Below are positions 24,451-37,351 of a stretch of DNA of 64,000 nucleotides, one piece after another (positions within the stretch are counted from its first letter, which is position 1; each line of letters begins with the position of its first letter). The DNA comes from Octopus sinensis. Lineage: Eukaryota. Under the pieces are notes generated by a model. The model did not search any database. It was not told where the DNA came from and saw only the letters and a list, made by a program, of their open reading frames with translations. Location: contig NC_043001.1 of assembly GCF_006345805.1 (NCBI RefSeq), positions 88,846,001-88,910,000 on the forward strand, read 5' to 3'. The position numbers and the translations under genes are program-made.

Positions 24451-25440
24451 CTGAAAGCACAGTAACCCTCTCATTTATCTTAGCACTCACTACCTCTCCT
24501 ATTCAGTGTACTGTGCCACCAATGTAATAAAGAATGATATTGGATCTACTTGTAATCAATTCCCCCATCACCATTCTTATCAGTCTGTCTCCTGTCCATG
24601 TATAAAGGATTACATAAAATCTGTTATAGACACGGTATCATCACAAAATCATCACGTTTCTGTTCTGCCGGTCACTGCTCCCTCTTTGCCCAACCTCTTA
24701 TCATTGATATCCATCACCTTCTCTTATCACTGTCCACTTCTATTACTACTCATTACTTTCTCTCTCTCTCTCTTCTCCTCTCCCCTCTCTATGTCATTTT
24801 ATTTCTACTGTCATATTTGTGTTCCCTTCACCCACCAATACCGGTCCTTGTCATCACTGTGTCTTTTGCATTTATATTTCTTTGAGTAAATGAACACAGA
24901 TTAGTGACGACTCTATTATTATGGGATACAGGGAACTTCTGTTATGCTGGTGTCACAATAAATAAAGAGGCTGATGGAGAAACGGGAGCAACATGGGGTT
25001 GAACAAGCCTTTTAGTGTTGCTGAGAACATGACAACCTCTCTAGTTCTGGTACTACAACAAAATGTTCTTAGTACATTCTATAAAATGGACAGTGAGAAG
25101 ATTGGTGCCCTGCTATTGAAACGTAGCCTAAAATTAGTGTATTTGTGTGTGAGACATGGTCTTGGTGACCAATAACTCTGAATAAGAATTGACTCAGACT
25201 GACCTAACATGTGCTATTCAGTATGGAAAACAGATGTTAAGTAATGTCAATTATGGTGGTATGTGTGTATATGTATATATGTGGGTATATAATAAGTTTC
25301 AAAAATTAAACAGATGCATGACAAAAGAACAAATGGAAAATTCACACACAAGACACAGACACACTCTTTCTTTGTTCATGCATGTGTATGTATGTATGTA
25401 TGTATGTATGTATGTATGTATGTATGTGTGTGTATATATG

Positions 25441-25488
<48 letters not shown>

Positions 25489-25509
25489 TATATATAATGT
25501 ATGTGTATA

Positions 25510-25578
<69 letters not shown>

Positions 25579-25861
25579 TTATGTGTGTGTATGTATGCAC
25601 ACACACACACAGTATCATCATTGCTTTTACATCTTTTTCCATGCTGAACTGAGATGGGATAGTTACTTTGGATTTCTCGAATAATTTAATGTTAACTTCA
25701 AGCCAACAATAACAACCAGATCTCCTCAAATCACACACTTTTGTATTAAAAGAAAAGAACGGGCACATTGAACAGTGTGATCCCTAATATACAAAAATTC
25801 TAGGTACATCATCTGCTTGATTTAGACTGAAAACCAAAACATATGCATGTGTCAAATTTAG

Positions 25862-26076
25862 CCCCTTTTGATATGAACCTGCCTAAGATTACCTCTAGTT
25901 CTGTAATACAAAACTAGTTGTTTTAAATTGTTCTAAATTAAAATCTTCATTCCAAATATCATGTTATGGTCTAAACACCAGCTTAATAATAACAAAGTTA
26001 TTTTAGTAAATTCTTCTTTATTTTTAAAATTAATTATAACATAGTATATTTCAGCAGAAATATGGTAACAAAAGGG
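25862..26076. mobile_element. Older copy of the same piggyBac-type MITE
   Basis: CCCCTTTTGATAT ... GTAACAAAAGGG, with an interior similar to 35110-35331. Confidence 0.6.
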
Positions 26077-26584
26077 TTAGTAATCAAACGATGGAATTCT
26101 TAAAATATCTCTTTTCTGTATGCATGTGACTTATGTGGTAGTACTGCATCATTATTTTATATCCCATCTCATTTCTTTGTTAGATGTCTTCAATGTATCT
26201 ATCACTTCATTTAATCTCATAGCACCACACCCAAACATGACTTATACTTTGAGCCAATGACAGAGCTTCTACATCCTACTTGATCTGCTGTAAGTCATCA
26301 TCGTTATCTTCGTCGTCGACATCATCATTTTAACGTCCACTATTTCATGCTTGCATGGATCAGATGTAATTTCTTAAGGCAGATTTCTATGTTTCACTGC
26401 ACTTCTTGTCAACAACTCCCCAAGCAAAATAATTCTTCCCCAGGTGTGTTTTTCATAGAAGATTGGGATGTAGGATGCCTTGTGTGATGGTAAAGCTTAT
26501 TTACAACCATTGCACAATATCAAGACAAGGAGAGGAGACACAAGCACACACTCAAAGATATTTATCTCTTTCTCCATCCATCTG

Positions 26585-26650
<66 letters not shown>

Positions 26651-27620
26651 GTGGCACATTGAAAGTACACTCTGTAAAGTGGTTGGCATTAGGAAGGGAA
26701 TCCAGCCATAGAAACCAAGCCAAAACATATTATGGAACCCGGTGCAACCCCTGGTCTTGCCAGTTCTTGTTAAGTCATCCAACCCATACCAGCATGGAAA
26801 ACGGGTGTTAAATGTTGATATTGATGATGATGTGCGTCTGTGTGTCATCATCACCTTAAACTCCTACTGAACCATTGGTTGCATGGGAAAGAATTTATTA
26901 ACACAAGATTCTCTGCTGCGTAAAGTCCTCCTCTTGCCAACTCTTACCTGTTTCCAAGTAAAAAAATATTTTTCCATGGCCAGACATGTTTTCAGAGTAT
27001 ATTGGATATGAATAAAATTCATTTTACATCAATCACATGATGTCAAAACAAGGAGACACAAACATTCACACATTCCCATTTACACACACATACACAAACA
27101 CACACATGTGTATGCACAAATACGCACGCTCACACACATGCACACATATGTATGTAAATATATTCATTCCCATCTACCAAATCCATTCACAAGGCTTTGG
27201 TCAGGCTAGGGTTATAGTAAGAGACACTCAAGGTGCCATGCTGTAGGATTGAACCCGAAACCCTGGAGTTGAGAAACCATACTTGCACCTAATTTCCCTC
27301 ATATCACATCTCAGTATCTTACAAAATGACACATTGGATAATGTGATCCTAGGTTCTTGAATAAAGGGAAAAGACTAAATGGCCATGGCTGGAATATCTT
27401 TGAACATAGGTCGGATCAATCAGATCTACTTTCTAGTCTATTTTACTGGAGATTTTTAATTATCTAGTCCTTAGAACTCCCTCTGAACCTATGTGTGTCC
27501 TTAATTAATGACTCTCAATTAAATGACTCTTAATTAAATTACTCTTTTGCATCCATTATATCTGCTGAAATGCATTGTTTCTGTTTCAATTAATTTAGTA
27601 AAATAAATTTTGCTATGATG

Positions 27621-27787
27621 TACTGTATTTTAACATGTATAAGGAATCCTTTTTTGTCAAAAATTAAGTTTAAAAAATACAGGAGTTTTTTTATACATGG
27701 ATAGTATTATAATCCCTTACAAAACCTTTTTTCCAAACTTTAAGCCCCCAAAATTTGGGGGTTCCTTATACATGCTAAAATACAGTA
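27621..27787. mobile_element. TA-flanked MITE (pogo/Tc1-type)
   Basis: 25-bp TIRs TACTGTATTTTAACATGTATAAGGA / TCCTTATACATGCTAAAATACAGTA. Confidence 0.75.
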
Positions 27788-28894
27788 GATAGTATTTGGA
27801 ACATAAATTAACTTGAAATTTTGATAGAAGGTTTGATTTTTACATTGCCTTATAACAGGATTTGATTTTACATTGCATTATAAGAGGAAGATTGCATAAT
27901 AGAACCAGGAGTGGTCTCAGGTGGGCTGGCATTAAAAAGGTTAAATAAGTAATTCTTTGTTACCAACCCACATATTTTGACAAGCCCTTCCCAAATTCAT
28001 TTATTTTTATCTTTTTTATTCATTTATTTATTGTTATTTACTATTTTCAACTCTTCTCTTTTCCACTCCTCCTTTGTATATTTTTTCATTTTCTTAATAG
28101 TCACCCTTTATTTCTGAACTCTGACTTTTCTGATAGAATTAGAAATAACCAACCACTCCATTTCAAGTGTTATGTGATCTCTATGGCGTCAGTGAAGACA
28201 ATCTATCTAGGTTGACTGATCACTGGTAGTTAGAAATGATTGGCCCTGCGCTGAAGGTGTACTGATCCCCATAAAACAACTGTTTTAGTGTGGGTTCCAC
28301 AATAAGATACCATAACATGTGGGAGCTTCTGCTAGATAAAGCAACCAAAATTCCAATGTATCACATGCAGCTATCTTAAGGAAGGAAGAACACATTGGAT
28401 AATATTATCATAGATATACAAAAAAATTGGTATGGTTCTAGTTAGAATGTTGTTGATCATCAGTTAGTTCAATCAGGACTGACCTAGGGTTAAAGAACAG
28501 CAAGAATCATGATCCTGTTTATTATTTCTCTTGAGAGATGACACTTCATTTAACACTACCAGCTTTTGCTTGACTTCCTAAGAAAACTTGACTCTGTTAC
28601 AAACATGCAAACTGGTTCCTCCATTCCCTTGCTCCTCTATGAGGATGACAGCCCCTTGGTGCACACTTCAGCAGCATGGTAGCCACTGACTTTTAGCTCA
28701 AACTTAAGAGTCTATGCACCAATGTGAACAACAACCACCAATTCTGATGCTCACTACTTATTTTTGTACTCACTTTTTAGTGTAGTATTCCTCAACCTTT
28801 TTTATTCCATGCCCAACTTTGATTTTTCCAAAACATGCATCCCACCACAAATGGTCAAAGTTATTATGTGTGTGTTTATATATATATATATATA

Positions 28895-29074
28895 CAGGGA
28901 GAGTATATGAAAAAAAGACAAAAGACGAAGACAGGTGGTGTACAAAACAAACAGATGTATTAGTATAACGCTCAGGAATAGAAAAAGTCTTTTACGTTTC
29001 GAGCCTACGCTCTTCTACAGAAAGGGACACAGAAAAAAACAAGGAGAGAAAAAAATGTGTGTAGTGGCTAACGA

Positions 29075-29077
<3 letters not shown>
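28895..29077 (-). mobile_element. Short interspersed repeat with a hammerhead-like motif (copy 2)
   Basis: Near-identical to 6027-6218. Minus strand 29028-28987 reads GTCCCTTT-CTGTAGA-A-GAGC-GTAG-GCTC-GAAA-CG-TA-AAAGAC. Confidence 0.7.
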
Positions 29078-29132
<55 letters not shown>

Positions 29133-29154
29133 ATATGTATGTATATTGTGCCTC

Positions 29155-29307
29155 GGGAGAGTCATATTGCCTTAATGCCTTATTATCTAACACACTCACT
29201 GGTTCGGTTTCCACGAAAATTTTGGAAGAAAATATATAATAAATAAGTGGAAATCAAACCAGTAAGTGTGTTGGATAATAAGGCATTAAGACAATATGAC
29301 TTTCCCC
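29155..29307. repeat. Foldback element with ~60-bp arms and ~32-bp spacer
   Basis: GGGAGAGTCATATTGCCTTAATGCC...TTTCCAC pairs with GTGGAAATC...GACTTTCCCC, with a handful of mismatches. Confidence 0.9.
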
Positions 29308-29803
29308 AATTATGACGTAATTTGCTTCAACACACGAATTCACATAAAGAATCTTGCAAACCAGGTACAAAAACGAAGTATATATGTGTGTGTGTGAGTG
29401 TTTTCAAAATAAGTTTTAATTAAAGCTTTATTACAAGTTTTATTCTTCATTTGTTACTTATGTCCCATTCTGAAGTAACCAACAAGCTACCAAAATATTT
29501 CCACCTTGAGAAACCTCCACTCCTGTATTCACCTCTTAGTCTTCAATCTTATCAATGTGTTTTTCTCAAAAGGAATCAGTCTTAATGTTTAGAACTATGA
29601 TGCTATGTCTCAATAAGAACACCTCTGTTTTCTGATGACCATTGACCTTCCTACATCTCTAAGATGATGGCAACAGTTATAAATGGTCACCTCCTTCATT
29701 ATGTCGAGACACTCTTGACCTGCAAAAAATAGCTCCCAAATCTCCCAAATTGCACTTTTACTATCTTAGGAAATCGAAAAATACAGTTGATGATGTTGTT
29801 TCT

Positions 29804-30217
29804 TATTTCTTTATTGCCCACAGGGGGCTAAACATAGAGGGGACAAACAAGGACAGACAAAGGGATTAAGTCGATTACATCGACTCAGTGCGTAACTGGT
29901 ACTTAATTTATCGACCCCGAAAGAATGAAAGGCAAAGTCGACCTCAGCGGAATTTGAACTCAGAACGTAGCGGCAGACGAAATACCTTTTTCTTTACTAC
30001 CCACAAGGTGCTAAACACAGAGAGGACTAACAAGGACAGACAAACGGATTAAGTCGATTACATCGACCCAGTGCATAACTGGTACTTATTTAATCGACCC
30101 CGAAAGGGTGAAAGGCAAAGTTGACCTCGGCGGAATTTGAACTCAGAACGTAACGGCAGACGAAATACGGCTACGCATTTCGCCCGGCGTGCTAACGTTT
30201 CTGCCAGCTCGCCGCCT
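29804..30217 (-). mobile_element. Head-to-tail dimer of the Meta-domain SINE inside a single TSD
   Basis: Full copy 30217-29986 plus 5'-truncated copy 29985-29804. TSD TACAGT(T/C)GAT(G/A)ATGTTGTTTCT at 29782-29803 and 30218-30239. Confidence 0.8.
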
Positions 30218-31447
30218 TACAGTCGATAATGTTGTTTCTGACATAGAGAGAAGACAAGATGGTCACGGCTGGAACGCTCTTGATAATAGATCTAACCGAG
30301 GGGAGTGTATGAGGAGGGAAACATACTTAACATCAACAAGAATAAAATCGTCAGTAATAGTAAACACAACAGTAACAACATCAGTAGCAGCTGCACGACA
30401 CACACCTGCCCGGTACACACCTGCCCAGTTACGGTCATCTTTTGTTTGGTCTCTCTCTCACCCCATTCTTCTCATCTCGGCTGATAACAGGGATGTGGTG
30501 TGTTGTGGTAGTGGCGGTTAGTTACATTAGTGGTTGTGGTGGGAGTGTTTTAGTAAAAGTGGTTGCTGTTGTTTAGCTTCCCTCCCAGTCTCCCCTGATT
30601 GAGCTGGCCTCAGATTAAAGGCATTCCGACCATGACCAACCTGTCATAAGTGCGGGAACGAAATTTGCATAGGGGGTGCAAATCCAGGTCCAATATATAT
30701 ATATATATATTTTACAAACAAGGTCAATTTGTTTTCAATTTTAATATCAAAACAAACATAGATGTAACAGTTATAATTAACTAATTATATTTTATTCTTT
30801 CTTTTATTCTTTTACTTGACTGCGGCCATGGTGGAGCACCGCCTTTAATCGAGCAAATCGACCCCAGGACTTATTCTTTGTAAGCCTAGTACTTATTCTA
30901 TCGGTCTGTTTTGCCGAACCGCTAAGTTACGGGGACGTAAACACACCAGCATCGGTTGTCAAACGATGTTGGGGGTGGGGGGCGAACTCAGACACACAAA
31001 CATATACACACTCACACATATATATATATATACGACGGGCTTCTTTCAGTTTCCGTCTACCAGATCCACTCACAAGGCTTTGGTCGGCCCGAGGCTATTG
31101 TAGAAGACACTTGCCCAAGGTGCCACACAGTGGGACTGAACCCGGATCACTTCAAAACTGTTTCTACGCCTCGTTCGTTTTGACAATGTAGTTTTTTAAG
31201 GAGAACGTTCAAAGCATTTTCATTGCCTCCCGCAAAACTTTAGCGAGTGCCCTTGCACCCGCTTGCATCCCCTGCTTCCAAGCCTATGCGACCTGGCCTT
31301 TTAAAAATTTTGAAAATGTTTTACAGTTTTCAAGCTACAGAGTACCCTGGATCACATAATCCTACGTGATCCGTGCCCTTTACTAAGAAACACTGTAGAT
31401 ATCGTGTTGGTGGTGATTGTTTTTAACTTCTCTTAAAGACTCCGCCG

Positions 31448-31755
31448 GTTACGACGACGAGGGTCCCAGCTGATACGATCAACGGAACAGCTTGCTCGTG
31501 AAATTAACGTGCAAATGGCTGAGCATTCCACAGACACGTGTACCCTTAACGTAGTTCTCGGGGATAATCAGCGTGACACAGAGAGTGACAAGGCTGACCC
31601 TTTGAAATACAAGTACAACTCATTTTTGCCAGCTGAGTGGACTGGAGCAAGTGAAATAAAGTGTCTTGCTCAAGGACACAACGCGTCGCCGGGAATCGAA
31701 CTCACAACCTTATGGTCATGAGCCGAATGCCCTAACCACTAAGCCACACGCCCTC
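31448..31755 (-). mobile_element. tRNA-derived SINE with V-domain-like GTGTCCTTGAGCAAGACACTT core
   Basis: Minus-strand GTGGCTTAGTGGTTAGG A-box and GAGTTCGATTCCC B-box. A degenerate relative lies at ~13590-13830. Confidence 0.75.
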
Positions 31756-31794
31756 ACTGTTTTTAACTACCCCCACCTCTACACACACTTTAGG

Positions 31795-32010
31795 ACAGCG
31801 GTTCTTAACCATTTCTCACCTTTGCTTCCTGTTTGCTCTACTGGACTCTAATAAATATTATTCGATGTTTAAAAGTCCTATTATATTTTTGTAACCAAAT
31901 ATTATTAAAGAATTGTTAAAATATTTCGTGTATTGTAAGAAGTATAACCAACCTATTGCATATAAATTCTAACAGCAAAATATTAATTGGAGCTCGGTTG
32001 AGAACCTCTG
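31795..32010. mobile_element. hAT (Charlie-like) MITE
   Basis: TIRs CAGCGGTTCTTAACC / GGTTGAGAACCTCTG. Confidence 0.55.
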
Positions 32011-32513
32011 CTTTAGAAGTTTGTGCATGTGTGTTGGTGATGATGATGGTGGTGGTAGTAGTAGTAGTAGTAGTTGCAGCAGTGGTGGTGGTGGTGTTGA
32101 CGCTATTGTTTTTCAAGCTTCAGATCAATCGGTATGCATTAGTTCTTATCTATGATGAAAAGCATTCCAAGGCAATCCTTCGGTATTGGTTCCACAGCCT
32201 TCCCTTATGACACATTAAGAGGCTCGGCTGAAAAGGAGGGCGCATGACGTCGTCTCCCTCACACCGACACTCTGTAGACCAATACCGAAGGAACACCCAT
32301 TCCAACCGCGACCGTACAGTCTCTTTAATTTGGACTTCATTATCCAATGTTGCCTTCCATTTTTAAGACAGGTCTGATTTGGTTGCTGTTCCTAGCACTT
32401 CAGACGACCCCGTAAAGGCTCATATAGTGATGGTGGTGGCGGTGGTCACAGTATTGTTAAGTGTTGACATGATAGTGACAGTGGAGAGTAATCTAATGGT
32501 AATTAGATGAGGT

Positions 32514-32740
32514 AATTAAGGCGGCGAGCTGGCAGAAACGTTAGCACGCCGGGCGAAATGCGTAGCCGTATTTCGTCTGTCGTTACGTTGTGAGTTTAAA
32601 TTCCGCCGAGGTCGACTTTGCCTTTCATCCTTTTGGGGTCGATTAAATAAGTACCAGTTACGCACTGGGGTCGATGTAATCGACTTAATACCTATGTCTG
32701 TCCCCTCTATGTTTAGCCCCTTGTGGGTAATAAAGAAATA
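32514..32740 (+). mobile_element. Meta-domain SINE with 16-bp TSD (further copies 33522-33725 +, 53690-53905 -, 1710-1900 +)
   Basis: GAGTTTAAATTCC B-box and CTTTCATCCTTT-GGGGTCGATTAAATAAGTACCAG Meta-like domain. TSD GGTAATTAGATGAGGT at 32498-32513 and 32741-32756. Confidence 0.85.
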
Positions 32741-33203
32741 GGTAATTAGATGAGGTGTCTGTGGTGATGGCACTGATGTTAGGGGACCTAATACTTATCC
32801 TTATTTTGGTGGTGATAGTAGTAGTAGTGATGGTGGTGGTAATAATGTTCAGTGTACAATAACTGAAGGTAGAGAAGGGCCACTGCTTGTGTGTATGTGT
32901 ATTATGTAGTAAGGGATGGGGTGTAGTGTTAGGAGGGAATAGTGGGGACATTTCCAGCTGTGTGTAGTTGGCGGGAGGTGGGTGAGAAAGAGAGAGAGAC
33001 TGTATAAGGAAGGGAGAGGAGGGACAGGGCAACCACAGTGGTAAGGATAGTGGTATGTGTGTTATATTTATAACCTCTGTAGAAATAATCTGTGACCAGC
33101 TTCTTTCACTCACCCCACCTTTTATTGTATTCTTTGTAGCCCTTTCTTTTCCTTTCTAACTTTCCCTCCTGCATGCTTCACTAGCTGACCTACCTTCTCC
33201 ACT

Positions 33204-33267
<64 letters not shown>

Positions 33268-35109
33268 CTCACACCTACACACATAATCAGGATATCTATT
33301 CTTTCAAATCTTCCACCCACTACATTCCTATCCTCTTTTATTTCACTTCCATTGTTTTATTGATTGTGTGTGTGTGTGTGTATGTTTATGTGTGTGTATG
33401 TTTATGTGTGTGTATGTTTATGTGTGTGTATGTATATGTGTGGATTGATAGATATATCTCCTGCTTGTTACAGTCAATTGACTGCAGCCATGCTGGGTCA
33501 CTGCCTTGAAGGGTTTAGTGACGGCGAGCTGGCAGAATCGTTAGCACGCCGAGCGAAATGCGTAGCTGTATTTCGTCTGCCGTTACGTTCTGAGTTCAAA
33601 TTCCGCCGAGGTCGACTTTGCCTTTCATCCTTTCGGGGTCGATAAATTAAGTACCAGTTACGCACTGGGGTCGATGTAATCGACTTAATCCGTTTGTTTG
33701 TCCCCTCTATGTTTAGCCCCTTGTGATGAAAAAAAAAAAAATTGATCCTAGTACTTATTTTCTTAAGCCCTGTACCTATGCTATGCTATCGGCCTCTTTT
33801 TGCTGATAGCATAGGGGACATAAACAATCCAACACTGGTTGTTAAGCCACTGCTTAGGGGACAAACAGAAACATAAAGGTGCACATAGATATGTACATAT
33901 AATATATACGACAGGCTCCTCTCGGTTTCTGTCTAACAAATCCTCTCAATGTTTTGGTCTATAGTAGAAGATGCAAACTTATACAGCCATGCTTGTATCT
34001 ACACACACACACATATATATATATATATAGGCGCAGGAGTGGCTGTGTGGTATGTAGCTTGTTTCCCAACCACATGTTTCTAGGTTTAATCCCACTGTGT
34101 GGCACCTTGGGCAAGTGTCTTCTACTATAGCCTCGGGTCAACCAAAGCCTTGTGAGTGGATTTGGTAGACGGAAACTGAAAGAAGCCCATCGTATATATG
34201 TGTGTATATATATATTAAACAGCGGTGCATCAATATGGCCACAGCTCTGAGCTGAAACTAAAAAAAAGAAAAAAGATATATATATATATAATGTGTGTGT
34301 GTGTATATGTTTGTGTGTCTGTGTTTACATCCCCGTAACTTAGCTGTTTGGCAAAAGAAACCGATATAATAAGCACTAGGCTTACAAAGAATAAGTCCTA
34401 GGGTTGATTTGCTTGACTAAAGCAGTGCTCCAGCATGGCCGCAGTCAAATGACTGAAACAAATAGAGTAAAGAGTATATACATAAATCATCATCATAATT
34501 TAATGTAGGTCTTCCATGCTGGCATGTGCTAACAGGAGCTGACAAGTCAGAGTACTGCACCAGGGTTCACTGTTTGTTTTGACATGTTTTTACAACTGGG
34601 TACTCTTCATAATGCTAACCACTTTACAGAGTGGATTGAATGCTTTTTATGGGGTACCAGCTTAAGTGAGGCCTGTTTGGCATAGTTTTTATGACTGAAT
34701 GCCCTTCCTAACACTAACCACTTAACAGAGTGAACTGTATGCCTTTCACATAGCACCAGCACCAACATGATACACATATGCGTACATACATATGTATGTA
34801 TAGGTATGGTGATGCAAACAGGAAAAATAGAACTCAAAATATGAGTATATATTTTTGTTAATATTTAGCAGAAGCAACAGAGTGACTCAAGGGTTAAGAC
34901 TTTAATGTGCTATGTTTAAAAAGAGTTTGATTAGTACAAAATTCTGTTGCTTCTACAAAATATTAATGATATATATATATGCTCACACACACATACACAG
35001 GCACACAGGACATTATGTGAGACTTCAACACATTTAAACATATATGGAGCAACAAACCGTATCCTCATCATAATTGAAAGCAACTATAATTTACCGGTTC
35101 TCTGCTTAA

Positions 35110-35331
35110 CCCTTTTGATACTAACCCGGCCAAAACCGGCTCTGGCTCTGTAGTATAAATGTCTTGTTTTCATAAGTTTTTCATTAAAATATTACACCAA
35201 ACCTTAGTCACAATTTATGGTCCTAACAGTAGCTTAATGATAACTAAGTTATTTTACTAAATTCTTGGTTATATTTACAATTAATTGAAAGAAACTCAGA
35301 GCATCTCAAAATGAATACGGTAACGAAAGGG
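35110..35331. mobile_element. piggyBac-type MITE with TTAA TSD
   Basis: TTAA|CCCTTTTGATAC ... GTAACGAAAGGG|TTAA. Confidence 0.75.
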
Positions 35332-36314
35332 TTAAATAATCGATGACAAGGCTTTAGTTCCCTTCAGAGTATTATCTTGTTTTTCCTAAATGGCACTTGT
35401 AATGTTATGGCTAAATGGTACAAAACTGCTTCTAAAAGAGTCCATGTTTAAATTAAAACCTCTCATCATAATTTTTGTGTAAAAACATTTTTGTTAAGCT
35501 ATGTTCCAAGCACATTCCTAATAATGACAGTTATTTTATTTGTTCTTCTAAAAAAATACCCTTTAAATTCTTGTTTTATTTTTGGAATTAATTGATGTTG
35601 GTGGGAGGCCAGGAAAAAGTTATGATGGTGTAAGTATCTCATGTTAGACTTGTAAAAATTATTTTGACCAAAACTGTTATTGTCTAAAAAAAAAACAATT
35701 GTTTCTGTAATTTTTATAAAATCTAGTCTTTTTGAATGCAAAAGTTATTCCATAGGCATCTTGTCTTTTACTTGTTTCAGTCATTGGACTTCAGCCATCC
35801 TGGGGCACGATTTTTTTAGTCAAACAAATCAACCCTAGTACTTATATTTTAAATCTTTTACTCAATCTGTTGGTCTGTTTTGCTGAACCATTGAATTATA
35901 AGGACATAGACAAGCCAACACTGATTGTCAAGTGGTAGAGAAGGACAAACACAACACAAAAAATACAAATATACAAACACACAGATATATCTTTTCCATT
36001 CTTGGATTTCCATGTCCATGTATAGCTTATGTGTATATCGGAAGTATTCAGCCATGAGAGAGAGCAATGTTGTAAAATCCTGACCAGCAATATATTTTGA
36101 TATTTCAAACTCACCAATGAGCATATTTAATTAATGTCCATCCCATGAAAATTGACGAAGAGGAAATAATCCTCTTCACTAACTCTCAGTGATAGGCAGC
36201 TCTTCATACCTGTAACACAGATGTGTATTGAGCACTTTGTGTTTTTACATGTAAACGGAAGTTAATATATAAATATATTTTAAATGTTTGTGTATATATC
36301 TGTGCATGTGTGTG

Positions 36315-36350
<36 letters not shown>

Positions 36351-36351
36351 G

Positions 36352-36755
36352 GCACAGGAGTGGCTGTGTGGTAAGTAGCTTGTTTACCAACCACATGGTT
36401 CCGGGTTCAGTCCCACTGCTTGGCACCTTGGGCAAGTGTTTTCTACTATAGCCTCAGGCCGACCAAAGCCTTGTGAGTGGATTTGGTAGGCGGAATCTGA
36501 AAGAAGCCCGTCGTATATATGTATATATATATATATATATATGCATGTTTGTGTGTCTGTGTTTGTCCCCCTAGCATTGTTTGACAACTGATGCTGGTGT
36601 GTTTATGTCCCCGTTACTTAGCGGTTCAGCAAAAGAGACCGATAGAATAAGTACTAGGCTTACAAAAGAATAAGTCCCGGGCTCGAGTTGCTTGATTAAA
36701 GGCGGTGCTCCAGCATGGCCACAGTCAAATGACTGAAACAAGTGAAAGAAAAAAA
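36352..36755 (+). mobile_element. Full-length tRNA-derived CORE-type SINE (most abundant family; further copies e.g. 2290-2715 -, 30815-31145 -, 34029-34470 +, 45870-46345 -, 63640-63990 -)
   Basis: GGCACAGGAGTGGCTGTGTGG head, GGTTCAGTCC B-box, CACCTTGGGCAAGTG core, internal (TA)n, and CCAGCATGGCC-CAGTCAAATGACTGAAAC tail. Confidence 0.85.
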
Positions 36756-36875
36756 GGAAGATACACATATACATATATATACACATATACATATATATAT
36801 ATATATGTATACATATATACACATACACACACACACACATATATATATATGATGATGATGATGATGCATATATAC

Positions 36876-36907
<32 letters not shown>

Positions 36908-36964
36908 CATATGTATGTGTGTATATATATATATATATAATATATATATATATATATGCATATA

Positions 36965-37340
36965 TGGTTACAGGATATCACAAAATGTAAACAACATGAA
37001 ATATGAAGACAAATTGTGTATGTGAGTGGGTGAAACAAATGGAAAACAGACCAAGTAACATAAAGAACAACCCTTTATCAGGTGTTGGCTGTCCATCTGC
37101 TCCTTATTTCGAGCAATTAACATCATTTGTTAGGAGAGACATATAGGAGCATTGCAGAAAGACTAAATGAACATTTGAGACAATATGACAACAAAAAATA
37201 GTACTCCATACTCTACCAACATGGAGGCAACCTGGGTCAACTTGACACCTGCATTTTATCCAAGCACCTGAAGGACCCAACACTCAGACAAAGGAGTACG
37301 TCCTCATAAATAAAACATCCCCGGTACTAAATAGGAAATA
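36965..37340 (+). mobile_element. Penelope-like element fragment: GIY-YIG endonuclease remnant preceded by a terminal-repeat segment
   Basis: 37133 onward reads GETYRSIAERLNEHLRQYDNKK*YSILYQH, matching the GIY-YIG GET-R-x-R-x-x-EH motif. 36965-37115 is a reverse-oriented relative of 7240-7410. Confidence 0.6.
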
Positions 37341-37351
37341 TACATAGTATA

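Noticed and set aside
31690-31755. tRNA gene (A and B boxes)
   Set aside because: No complete cloverleaf, and it continues into a SINE body. The same applies to other A/B-box hits.
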